Origin: Octopus vulgaris
Lineage: Eukaryota
Assembly (NCBI GenBank): GCA_951406725.2
Contig: OX597815.1
Span: 162,192,001-162,256,000 of the forward strand
DNA: 64,000 nt
Reading direction: 5' to 3'
Positions 1-10,807 of the stretch are shown here, piece after piece. The position numbers and the translations under genes were made by a program. Each line of letters starts with the position of its first letter. The first letter of the stretch is position 1. The notes beneath the pieces are model-generated. The model ran no database searches. It was given only the letters and a program-made list of their open reading frames with translations, and was not told where the DNA came from.

Positions 1-592
1 CTGATGTGATTGTTTTATTCTTAAGATGATATTGTAGGAAAAATTTGAGAGGCCAGGTCTGGTTGGTCTGAACATAAAACAGGTGGAACAGGTGGGCCGG
101 ATATGACCAGTTTAAATGATAAAGGGTGAGAGTTTATTTGAAGGTGAAATTTAATGCTCATTGAAGTTGAAGCAGGGAAGTAAACAGCTATGAACAAGGA
201 GGGATGAGTGAATAGAGCATAAACGTGTACATGTGGGTGGAAAGGAGACTTTGGAATTTTTAGCCTAGCTATTTGATAATGTATGTAAGGGTATCTTTTA
301 TCTTTTATTTGTTTCAGTGATTTGACTATGGCCATGCTGGGGCACTACCTTGAAGAATGTTTAGTCGAATGTTTCAACGAAGTCGCGTCTTGTCCTTACC
401 TTCGGAACGCGGAGTAAATGAAACAGGGACAACTGACGAAGGTGAATATTCCTTGTGTTGTATGTCTTGTACTCTGTTTCTTTTTTTTTTTTCGTTGTTT
501 GAAAAAATGTTCGTCTCTATGTTTTTGTCTTTATGTTTTCGTTTCTCATTGTTTTCAACGTTTTTTTTAATGTCCTATGCACATATAGGCAT

Positions 593-666
<74 letters not shown>

Positions 667-1039
667 TACCGTCAGAAATTAATTAGCACCCTTGATTTGC
701 TCTTCACTCAAGGTATTTGCTGTCACCTAGTGGCCATATCTCGAACTATTGCTTTGTTGCGAGTTCACTGTTGCGCAGAACGATGACGTAACTTTGTTTG
801 CAGAGCGGTTTGAGAGTCTACAGCCTAATGATGTTGACATAGCAGTGCAACAACAACTTGGGGTGCGGATGCAGACAAATCTTCCTTTGTTTAATAGATA
901 TAGGTAGCGCCTCGCAAGGACCGAAATCACACCGTACTAAGTTTTCTCATCGCGTAAGACGTTTTGAACAGCTTGTAGGTTAATTGATTTGTGTATTTGC
1001 AAGATTTTTTTCCTCACAAATTCTCCTACACTCTGCTTG

Positions 1040-1055
1040 GTGACGTCACTTCCGG
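1040..1055 (-). promoter_or_regulatory. Overlapping ETS-CRE motif in the Tc1 5' region
   Basis: Minus strand reads CCGGAAGTGACGTCAC, about 160 bp upstream of the transposase ATG. Function not shown. Confidence 0.45.
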
Positions 1056-1214
1056 TTCACAAAACTTTCTGTTATACATCAAATAAGATGAGAAATTCTG
1101 CTTTCTTTCTTTTTTGTTTAATGAATAATAACTCATAGCAGTTTTGTTATAGCATAACATTATTCAAATGAATAGTTTTAATGAAAATAACTGGTTTTTA
1201 TCGTTCATTCCTAG

Positions 1215-2191
1215 ATGGGCCCAAGACCTCGCATGACCTTGGAGAGACGGCACAAGGCTCTCTCGTGGCGTGGGAAGCTGTCGGAGGTTGCAATAGCCAG
1301 AAAACTTGGTGTAGCCAGGCGCACAATTCAGTGCTTATTTAAGAAATACGAGGAAACCGGATCAGCAGCTGACAAAAAGGGTAGGGGACGGAAGAGGCTG
1401 ACGACCCAGCGGGAGGACTGGATGCTGATCCGAAAGTCACTGTACAACCGAAGGGTAACGAGCCGGCAACTGGCGGAGGAGATGCAAAAGATGACAGGGA
1501 AGCAGTTGTCTACAACCACCGTCAAGACCAGATTACTGGAAGCTGGTCTAAAATCCTGTAGGGCCACCCGTAAGCCGCTCCTTACAGCCCAAAACCAGAA
1601 GAGGCGGCTGCTCTGGGCCCGTGCCCACAAGACATGGACCGTGCAGCAGTGGCGGACAGTGATGTTCACTTACGAGTCGCGATTCAGTCTCATCAGTGAC
1701 AAGCCTGTCCATGTGCGACGCCGCAGGGGTGACCGCTTCAACAAAGACTGCATTGCTCCCACCATGAAGCAAGGTGGGGGTGGTCTGATGGTGTGAGGGG
1801 CGTTCAGCTACAGTGGTGTTGGGCGGCTCTATGCCTTCGAAGTACGTTGAGATAGTACGGGATACCTCTTTGGTGGCGAGGAGTACTGCTCCAGCAGGAC
1901 AACGCGCCTTCCCACACAGCCAAGCTCACAACCGGTTTCTTCAAGGACCATGGGGTGACGGTCATGGACTGGCCTGGCCAGTCACCTGACCTGAACCCTA
2001 TTGAGAACCTCTGGAGTCGATTGGGTAGGGATTTGAATGTGCAACAATACAGGAACCGACACGAACTGTTTGGGGCACTTCTTGCTGCATGGGGGGCCAT
2101 CCCTGCACAGTACCTGCAGGCGCTCATAGACAGCATGCCGACCCACATAGCAGCTCTCATTGCTGCCAAAGGAGGAGCAACAAGATATTGA
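1215..2191 (+). pseudogene. Tc1 transposase pseudogene
   Basis: Paired-like HTH N-terminus, GRGRKR AT-hook-like motif, KPLLT..RLLWARAH, VMFTYESRF (first catalytic D appears as Y). TGA at 1794-1796 where W of GGGLMVWG is expected, a second stop and a deletion/frameshift, then QQDNAPSH...WPGQSPDLNPIENLW with exactly 34 residues between D and E. Confidence 0.95.
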
Positions 2192-2399
2192 CTAAATTTC
2201 ACGATTAATAACAATTATGTGGTGTGCTGGGATATGTTTTAATAAATTTTTGATTAAAAACGAGTTCGTTTCTGATAATAAGTTAATTAAATTAAGAAAA
2301 TGTAAGAAAATGTAGAAATTTGAGAAGTGCTAATTAATTTCCGACGCAAGTGTATATATATATATATATATATATATAAGAATGAATGTTTTTATATAT

Positions 2400-2780
2400 A
2401 ATGAACGAGAAATACAGGAAGGGACGAACACGGAACACAGACAAATCATTCGAAGCCTTCAATCTTCAGTCAGACACCGAATCATCATAGCAAATTTCGG
2501 CTGTTCAATTCTGATATTTGCTCCAACTCGGCCAGCCCCAAGAAAAAAAACTAAGCTGTAAGCATTAGATTTCTTGGTAGAAGACAGGAATGTGAACGCA
2601 CAAGACGGATGTGAATACAAGAGACGAAAACGAAATTGAAAACAGTAATGAAAAAACAAAACATATATAACGGTGGTTGTCATACGACTTTAGACCAAAT
2701 GAGACAAAACAACAACAACATAGCAGCTGGCGTAGAAATAATTACCGTTTCGGTAGCGGGGACACATGTTGGTCGAGATA
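2400..2780 (-). mobile_element. Penelope-like terminal repeat fragment (family shared with 31143-31310, +)
   Basis: Both loci share CAGC(C/T)GAAATT..GATGAT.CGG...GACTGAAGAT.(G/A)AAGGCTTCGAATGA. A CCGAAACGGT motif lies at about 2746-2755 (-). The PLE assignment is inferred. Confidence 0.4.
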
Positions 2781-2793
2781 CATATATATATAT

Positions 2794-2876
<83 letters not shown>

Positions 2877-2877
<1 letters not shown>

Positions 2878-3100
2878 GAGGAGGTGCTGAAAAGTTCCTG
2901 GTTTTTAAGGATATGGTGAAAGGCCCTGGCTGGATGCCCAACCTTCCGATTTTTTTTTCTTTGCGGGTCATAGAAAAACTGATGGACTGTTGCAATAAGT
3001 GTGTGAATCTGAACAGGGAATATGTTGAAAGAAATCATAATTAACTGATCCTCCTGTATTTACTTTTACCCAAAGCCAGGAACTTTTCAGCATCCCTTCG
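2877..3100 (+). mobile_element. Internally deleted mariner element
   Basis: TIRs GAGGAGGTGCTGAAAAGTTCCTGG and CCAGGAACTTTTCAGCATCCCTTCG. The interior encodes a mariner transposase C-terminus (WLDAQPSDFF...IEKLMDCCNKCVNLNREYVE). Confidence 0.85.
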
Positions 3101-3774
3101 TTTATGTGTGAGTGTCTGTGTATGTACACACACACGCACTCATAAAGCTTGACATGTATATAAAAATATATATCGTTGCTATTATTTTAAACTGTCGTAT
3201 GTCCAAATTTGGTCAAATGCGTTTTTGTCAATATTTATTTGTGCTTGAAATAGCCATTTCTTTTGGTCAAACTATCGTATCTCCCGTTGCTTCAGATGCC
3301 AAAATATCGAAAATTGTCAAAGTGTAGTACAACAGTTTTGCTATGGAATGGTGAAACTATTTGATCGTTTTCTGAAAAAGCAACGTTTTGGACTTAAGAC
3401 ATTTTTGCATAATAGCAACGATATATTATATATTTATTCATATACACATACGTCAGGTTTCTTTCAGTTTCTGTCTACCAAAGCCACTGACATGGCTTTG
3501 CTCGGCCTCTTGGCGTGGAATTATAATAAAAGATACTTGACTTATTCCATAAGCAGCTTCCCAGAAATATTTAAACTCTCGTTATTTTATAAGTGAACTG
3601 TCAAACTCAATGCTTCTGGCATCTTCAGTATTTCCCGAAAAAAAAAAAGAAAGAAAAAAGAATACACACTTAAAAATCTGCATATTTTTGATTTCTTTAA
3701 GTCATATACATGATCCGGATTCCATTGTACAAAATTTCCGGAACTTTGGGAAGCAAGCTTTTTACCACACAAGA

Positions 3775-3928
3775 GTGTCTGTGCGATAAGAAGCTTGCTT
3801 CCCAACCACATGGTTTCAGGTTCAGTCCCACTGTGTGTCACTTTGGACAAGCGTCTTCTACAATAACTTCAGGCTGACCAAAACCTTCTGAGTGGATTTC
3901 GTAGGTGTAAACTGAAAGAAACCCGTTT
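3775..3928 (+). mobile_element. SINE family A, 5' part
   Basis: tRNA-like head (GGTTCAGTCCC B box) and core ...AAACTGAAAGAAACCCG matching the full copies. Confidence 0.8.
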
Positions 3929-3946
3929 ATATATATATATCTTTGT

Positions 3947-4317
3947 GGCACCACATCAGTTACAACGACGAGGGTTCCAGTTGACCCAATCAAAAGAATG
4001 GCCTGCTCGTGAAATTAACTTGGCTGAGCGCTCCACAGACACGTGTACTGTTAACGTAGTTTCAGGGAGATTCAGCATGATACAGTGTGTGACAAGGCTG
4101 GCCCTTTGAAATACAGGTACAACAGAAACAGGAAGAAAGAGAGAAAGTTGTGGTGAAAGAGTACAGCAAGGTTCGCCACCCCCACCGCCTGTCGGAGCCT
4201 CGTTTAGCTTTATGTGTTTGCGCTCACTAAACACCCACAACGCCCGGTCTGGTAACTGAAACCGCGATCGTACGATTGCGAGTCCACTGCCCTAACCACT
4301 GGACCATTGCACCTCCA
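3947..4317 (-). mobile_element. tRNA-derived SINE, family C
   Basis: Minus strand starts GTGGAGGTGCAATGGTCCAGTGGTTAGGGCAGTGGACTCG. The 5' half is shared with 20962-21106 and the 3' half with about 58660-58825. Confidence 0.75.
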
Positions 4318-4332
4318 CACACACACACTCAT

Positions 4333-4745
4333 TATCATCATCATCATCGTCATCGTCATCGTTTAACACCCGTTTTCCATGTCCGCATGGGTTGGACGGT
4401 TTAACTGAGGTCTGGAGAGCCAGCGGTTGCACCAGGCTCCAATCTGATCTGGCAATGTTTCTACAGCTTGATGCCCTTCCTAACGCCAACCACTCCGAGA
4501 GTGTAGTGGGTGCTATTTACGTTCCACCGGCACAGGAATCAGTCAGGTGGGCCTGGCATCGCTCACGTTCGGATAGGGCTTTTTACGTGCCACCGGCACG
4601 GGAACCAGTCAGGGGATAACTGGCATAGGCCACGTTCGGATGGTGCTTTTTACGTGCCACCAGCACGGTAGCCAGTCAGCGGGGCACTGGCCACTGCAAC
4701 GATATTGGTTTTACTTGATTCAGCAGGTCTTCTCAAGCATATCAT
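4333..4745 (-). mobile_element. RTE LINE 3' UTR and tail
   Basis: (GAT)n tail, GGTTGGCGTTAGGAAGGGCATC motif and internal tandem repeats as in the other RTE tails. Confidence 0.85.
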
Positions 4746-4760
4746 ATCGCCCAAATATAT

Positions 4761-4979
4761 CTATTTCTTTACTAAACATAGAGGGGACAAACAAGGACAG
4801 ACAAAAGGATTAAGTCGATTACCTCGACCCCAGTGCGAAACTGATACTTTATTTATCGACCCCGAAAGGATGAAAGGCAAAGTCGACCTCGGCGGAATTT
4901 GAACTCAGAACGTAACGGCAGACGAAATACGTCTACGCATTTCGCCCGGCGTGCTAACGTTTCTGCCAGCTCGCCGCCT
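4761..4979 (-). mobile_element. SINE family B (GCCTTTCATCCTTTCGGGGTCGATAAA core, Meta-domain-like)
   Basis: Head GGCGAGCTGGCAGAAACGTTAG...GAGTTCAAATTCC. TSD TATCGCCC(A/C)AATATAT at 4745-4760 and 4980-4995. Confidence 0.85.
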
Positions 4980-5316
4980 TATCGCCCCAATATATATACA
5001 GTTTCCGTCTACCAAATCTACTTTGGTTGGCCCTAGGCTATAGTAGAAGACACTTGCCCATAGTGCCATGCAGTGAAACTGAACCTGGAACCATGTAGTT
5101 AGGAAGCAAGCTTCTTACCACACATAGATAACACAGATAAGAATTTATTCTTAGATTTATCTTCATTGAGCACTATCAGTTGTATCTTCAGGTCTCTTGG
5201 GTGACATCATGAAGTTAAATATCTGAAATGAGTCAGACAGTATCACCATTGAATTTGGCTATAGTAAACAAATCTTGACTGTATCAATCACTCTGGCGGC
5301 AGTTCTACAAGCTGAT

Positions 5317-5543
5317 TACTCTTTTGCTCTTTTAATTGTTTCAGTTATTTGACTGCGGCCATGCTGGATCACCGCCTTTAGTCGAGCAAATCGACCCCAG
5401 GACTTATTCTTTGTAATCCTAGTACTTATTCTATCGGTCTCATTTGCCGAACCGCTAAGTAACGGGGACATAAACACATCAGCATCGGTTGTCAAGCGAT
5501 GTTGAGGAGACAAACACAGACACACAAACATACACACACACAA

Positions 5544-5586
<43 letters not shown>

Positions 5587-5815
5587 TACGACGGGTTCTT
5601 TCAATTTCCTATTTCTTTACTACCCACAAGGGGCTAAACACGGAGGGAACAAACAAGGACAGACAAACGGGTTCTTTCAGTCTCCGTCTACCAAATCCAC
5701 TCACAAGGCTTTGGTCGGCCCGAGGCTATTGTAGAAGACACTTGCCCAAGGTGTCAAGCAGTGGAACCATGTGGTTCGTAAGCAAGCTACTTACCACACA
5801 GCCACTCCTACGCCT
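5317..5815 (-). mobile_element. SINE family A, full copy with a nested family B fragment
   Basis: A-box TGGCTGTGTGG, CCTTGGGCAAGT CORE-like segment, internal (CA/TA)n, 3' ...CAGCATGGCCGCAGTCAAAT. Insert at 5604-5666. Confidence 0.9.
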
Positions 5816-6126
5816 GACTGTGACAGATTCAAAAATTGCTGAACCATAGAGCGCTAAGGTTTGAAGTTTTACGACCAACTTGTATTTCGTTTGTGGTAAA
5901 ACAGAAAACAACTGGATGAACATTGCTGGAAAATCATTAGTCACAGGTTTCCTTAATCAGAGTTGATTTGATGGTGGCAGAGGCAGTGGCGACGGTAGTA
6001 GTGGAAGTAGTAGTGGCAGAAGGGCTTGTGTGGTAGTGGTGGTGGTGGTGGTGATGATGGCAATGGGGGTTGTGGTGGTAGTGATGGCAACGGTGGTTGT
6101 TGTTGTGATGGTATGTTAGAGGTGAT

Positions 6127-6912
6127 AAGGTGGCGAGCTGGCAGAAACGTTAGCATGCCGGGCGAAATGCATTGCGGTATTTCGTCTGCAGTTACGCTCT
6201 GAGTTCAAATCCCGCCGAGGTCGACTTTGCCTTTCATCCTTTCGGGGTCGATAAATAAAGTACCAGTTACGCAATGGGGTCGATATAATCGACTTAATCC
6301 GTTTGTCTGTCCTTGTTTGTCCCCTCTATGTTTAGCCCCTTGTGGGTAATAAAGAAACAGGTATTTCGTCTGCGGTTACGCTCTGAGTTCAAATCCCGCC
6401 GAGGTCGACTTTGCCTTTCATCCTTTCGGGGCCGATAAATAAAGTGCCAGTAACGCAATGGGGTCGATATAATCGACTTAATCCGTTTGTCTGTCCTTGT
6501 TTGTCCCCTCTATGTTTAGTCCCTTGTGGGTAATAAAGAAACAAGTATTTCGTCTGCGGTTACGCTCTGAGTTCAAATCCCGCCGAGGTCGACTTTGCCT
6601 TTCATCCTTTCGGGGTCGTTAAATAAAATACCAGTTACGCACTGGGGTTGATATAATCGACTTAATCCGTTTGTCTGTCCTTGTTTGTCCCGTCTATGTT
6701 TAGCCCCTTGTGGGCAATAAAGAAACAGGTATTTCGTCTGCGGTTACGCACTGAGTTCAAATCCCGCCGAGGTCGACTTTGCCTTTCATCCTTTCGGGGT
6801 CGATAAATAAAATACCAGTTACGCACTGGGGTTGATATAATCGACTTAATCCGTTTGTCTGTCCTTGTTTGTCCCGTCTATGTTTAGCCCCTTGTGGGCA
6901 ATAAAGAAATAG
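6127..6912 (+). repeat. SINE family B with four tandem 184-bp body units
   Basis: One head, then units starting GTATTTCGTCTG at 6177, 6361, 6545 and 6729. TSD GGTATG(T/A)TAGAGGTGAT at 6110-6126 and 6912-6928. Confidence 0.92.
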
Positions 6913-7350
6913 GTATGATAGAGGTGATGGTAAGATGGGAATAATGGCAACGGTGGTGGTGGTGGTAGTGATGGTGATGGCGATGGAGGCCGCGGTTGGG
7001 ACGATGGGAGGGAGAAGCGGTGTGGGGGATCAGGGAGTGAACTGGGGGTGTTGAACGGACAACAACTAATGTAAATGCTAGATGACAAAAGAGTAAATAA
7101 TTGAGGGGAAAAAAATAAAATAAAGGGGTTTAAAAAGTAGGTCAAACGTAGGGGTACCAGAAGCAAATCTTCAAAGCAAAACTCACTATCCACAATATAC
7201 ATGAATGGAAAAATTTCTTAAGAAATAACGTTTGTTATTATTCGTGAGTGGCTGCTGATCTCTGTTTCGGTGAGGGAGGGAATAAGAGAAGGAGTACTTT
7301 GTGTATGTAGTGTGTGTGTAGACATATACATATGTAGACATATACATATG

Positions 7351-7406
<56 letters not shown>

Positions 7407-7410
7407 CATA

Positions 7411-7660
7411 GGTATTACTCAAGAAGAGTGGTCCCGGTGCGCGCACTCGCGCTAGCTAGTCGTGACTAGTCGATCCTACAACAACTACCTAGCAAAGTAA
7501 ATAAAATACAAAATAAATAAGTTTTTCACACAAAGTAAATAATTTTTTTTTTAAACAAGTAAATAAAACACAAAGTAAGGATCGACTAGTCACAACTAGC
7601 TAGCGCGAATGCGCGAGTACGCGTGTGCCCGCACCGGGACCACTCTTCTTAAACAGTACC
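7411..7660. mobile_element. Foldback MITE with long CpG-rich TIRs
   Basis: GGTATTACTCAAGAAGAGTGGTCCCGGTGC...GCTAGCTAGTCGTGACTAGTCGATCCT is mirrored at about 7578-7660. A-rich spacer; TA on both sides. Confidence 0.8.
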
Positions 7661-7855
7661 TAAATATAGATATATGTATATATATATATATATATCGGAA
7701 GGTTTGGAGATGATGTACAGGTATTATATATTAGAAAAATTGAGGTAATCAGATCAGATGGTTCATATTTGTAGATATTTATTTATATATTACATTTTTT
7801 ACATATATATCATATCATTCGGATTAGCGCTTGCTCCCATTCTAGTGGGTTTTCA

Positions 7856-7942
7856 AATATATATATATATACACACACATACATACATATATATATACAC
7901 ATACATACATATATATACACACACATATATATATATATATAT

Positions 7943-7975
<33 letters not shown>

Positions 7976-8064
7976 CACATACATACATATATATATATAT
8001 ATACACACATACATACATATATATATACACATACATACATATATACACACACATATATATATAT

Positions 8065-8100
<36 letters not shown>
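7856..8100. repeat. Compound (TA)n/(CA)n/(TACA)n microsatellite
   Basis: Directly visible. Many similar tracts occur across the window (e.g. 595-660, 2780-2876, 17610-17695, 28980-29075, 29270-29367, 33860-34075). Confidence 0.95.
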
Positions 8101-8583
8101 TCACACGTGCACCTATTTACACTTAACATACACGCACGCGCACATTTATGTACAAATACATCGTAAACGGTGGACGTGTAATTCAGTACAGTAGTTATGG
8201 CTTCGGTTCGTTGTCTGCCAGTCATCTTTTGTTGCTTGTATTTACATAATATGGATTTCTAGCATGAGAACAATGCAGCAGATTGTGTATGTTTAGGTGT
8301 GTGGAGTGAGGGGAAAGGAAGATATTATTGAAATTACAAAAGGCTGGTGGTACTTTATTTCGTCGACCCTAGAAAGATGGAAAACATATCCGACAATGGC
8401 AAAATTTTCTCCCTGTACTTTATTAGTTTTGCTACCCATCTTTCTATAATCTCTTCCACACTTCTTCAGCATTTCTACTGTAATGCCTTTACCATATTTT
8501 CTGGAATACAAATCGAATTTTTCAGACCAAAAATTCACCGCCAAAACCGATAGGTCAACTCATACATCGAGACAACTTTGGAG

Positions 8584-8998
8584 GGATCTTTTCGGTTTGA
8601 ACGGCAGTTTTTAACATAATTTCTAGGTAACTAAAAAATTTTAAACTTCGTATACTGGTAGAATGTGTTTATAAAACATCTTTTTCTCTTGGCTTTATTG
8701 AGAAAATTCTATGGTTTATAAGATATTTGTTGTTTTTTTCTTCAATTTCTGCAATTTCAACCAATCAGTAACTTCTATTGAGTTAAAAAGCATTCTGTGC
8801 CGTATGAATATGTCCCTCGTTTAAGAAACACATTGGGTTTATTTATATTTGTGAAGAAAAAAAGATACCCTTCCTCCACCCCTAACCCTAACCCTAAAAG
8901 AGATTGAAATGCAATAGATCGATTCTAGGGTCATAATTATGGGTGACAATTTCATATGAAACCGCTAGAAAAAACTGCCGTTCAAACCGAAAAGATCC
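8584..8998. mobile_element. Merlin-like MITE
   Basis: Perfect 29-bp TIR GGATCTTTTCGGTTTGAACGGCAGTTTTT and 8-bp TSD CTTTGGAG (8576-8583, 8999-9006). 5'-GG termini with an 8-bp TSD fit Merlin/IS1016. Confidence 0.8.
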
Positions 8999-9369
8999 CT
9001 TTGGAGGACCAAAAATCCATGTGATATGTAGTGGGACTGGGAAAGATAGAGACAATATTTGAATTTTTACACATGTTATCTGAATACTACATCAACGACT
9101 TCTGTGTTGGAAAATGCAGTACTTTCTGGTGATCAGAAGTTTTTTTGAAGTGATGCAGAAATATGTCTTATATCTGTTGAAAGTCTCAAGGAAGTTGAAG
9201 CTGTTGTTCCACTAAATAAAATTAGCAGACATGTGCGAGGTAATGATTTGACACAAAAACTTGCAGTATTTGTTTAGACTCTCTTCGTTCTAAGTTTAAC
9301 TAACCCATTGCATATCCTGTGTTTCATGTGAGACACAGGACATATTTCCATGGCGTCCATGCTTCATAT

Positions 9370-9597
9370 ACTCTTTTACTTACTTACTTGTTTCAGTCAT
9401 TTGACTGCGGCCATGCTGGAGCACCGCCTTTAGTCGAGCAAATCGACCCCGGGACTTATTCTTTGTAAGCCCAGTACTTATTCTATCGGGTTCTTTTGCC
9501 GAACCGCTAAGTGACTGCGATGTAAACACACCAGCATCGGTTGTCAAGCAATGCTAGGGGGACAAACACAGACACACAAACATACACGCACACACAT

Positions 9598-9640
<43 letters not shown>

Positions 9641-9814
9641 AACATATATACAACGGGCTTCTTTCAGTTTCCGTCTACCAAATCCACTCACAAGGTTTTG
9701 GTCGGCCTGAGGCTATAGTAGAAGACACTTGCCCAAGATGCCATGCAGTGGGACTGAACCCGGAACCATGTGGTTGGTAAGCAAGCTACTTACCACACAG
9801 CCACTCCTGTGCCT
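9370..9814 (-). mobile_element. SINE family A, full copy
   Basis: Same head, core and tail. Other copies: 12775-13155(-), 13792-14143(-), 15305-15715(+), 16717-17073(-), 17697-17832(+), 24560-24944(-), 44430-44770(+), 49610-49955(-), 61220-61572(-). Confidence 0.9.
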
Positions 9815-10807
9815 ATATAACACACATTTCAAATTTACTTGAAACCACCATGATAGGAAAGCTTTTTATTACCCAGAACGAATGAAATGGGCTAAAAGGC
9901 TGAAAACAGGCAGGAGTGTTTAAGACAAATTTATGAATATTCTTTGAGCAGGCAAAAGGTTAAATATCCTGGAGGTCAAATGTTCTTTTCATCCATTTTA
10001 GGGTTAATAAATAATATATCTGTCCAGTACTTGGGTCAGTTCTTTTCTTGGAAAGAAACTATGTTCAAAACTGGAGGGTGATAAACACTGCCAGATTTCA
10101 AATGCTCAAAACACACTATCTCTCAGATATATCCTTAAATCCTTAAAAATGTTTTAGCCCGAAGGCCGCAGTCATGCTGGGGCACCACCGCTGATACATC
10201 CAAATATATATATATACTTCATTTTTATATCTGGTTACAAGATTCTTTATGTGAATTCATGTGTTGAAACAAATTTTGGTGTGTCTAAGAAGAGTCACAC
10301 ACAAACAAACATAAATGTATACATACATAAACACACAAGCATGCACACACAGACACATGAATATGCAAAAGAATGCATACATACATGCATACATACAAAT
10401 GCATGCACACTGGCACGCACACACATGCATGCGAACAACAAGGTCTCAATCAGACAAACATGGCCTCTGTAATGGGCTAAGTCAAAGTCATTGAAAAGTT
10501 TACAAGTAGCAATGAGAGAGCTTTGACAAACAAAAAGAAAACAAATGACTTACTGTTTTAACCAAGTTAAACAAACAATAGATACCCTTAGTTGAATAAT
10601 CAACCAATTGACTAATAATAAAGGAGTAGAATTCAACCAGTGCATGTGTTAACAATACTAGCAAAACGACTCTCCCTAGACACAGGAATGTGTGTGTGTG
10701 TGTGTGAGTGTGTATTTTTCTTTTTATTCTTTTTCTTGTTTCAGTCATTTGACTATGGTCATGCTGGAGCACTGCCTTTAGTTAAGCAAATTAACCGCAG
10801 GACTTAT

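Larger units (their letters stand above)
664..2352 (+). mobile_element. Full-length, inactive Tc1-family DNA transposon (DD34E)
   Basis: 26-bp TIRs: CACTACCGTCAGAAATTAATTAGCAC (664-689) and 2327-2352 (reverse complement CACTTGCGTCGGAAATTAATTAGCAC, 3 mismatches). TA on both sides. Internal transposase. Confidence 0.95.

Noticed and set aside
5970-7060. Proline-rich minus-strand ORFs flanking the SINE array
   Set aside because: Degenerate (GGT/GAT)n low-complexity tract that served as the insertion target.
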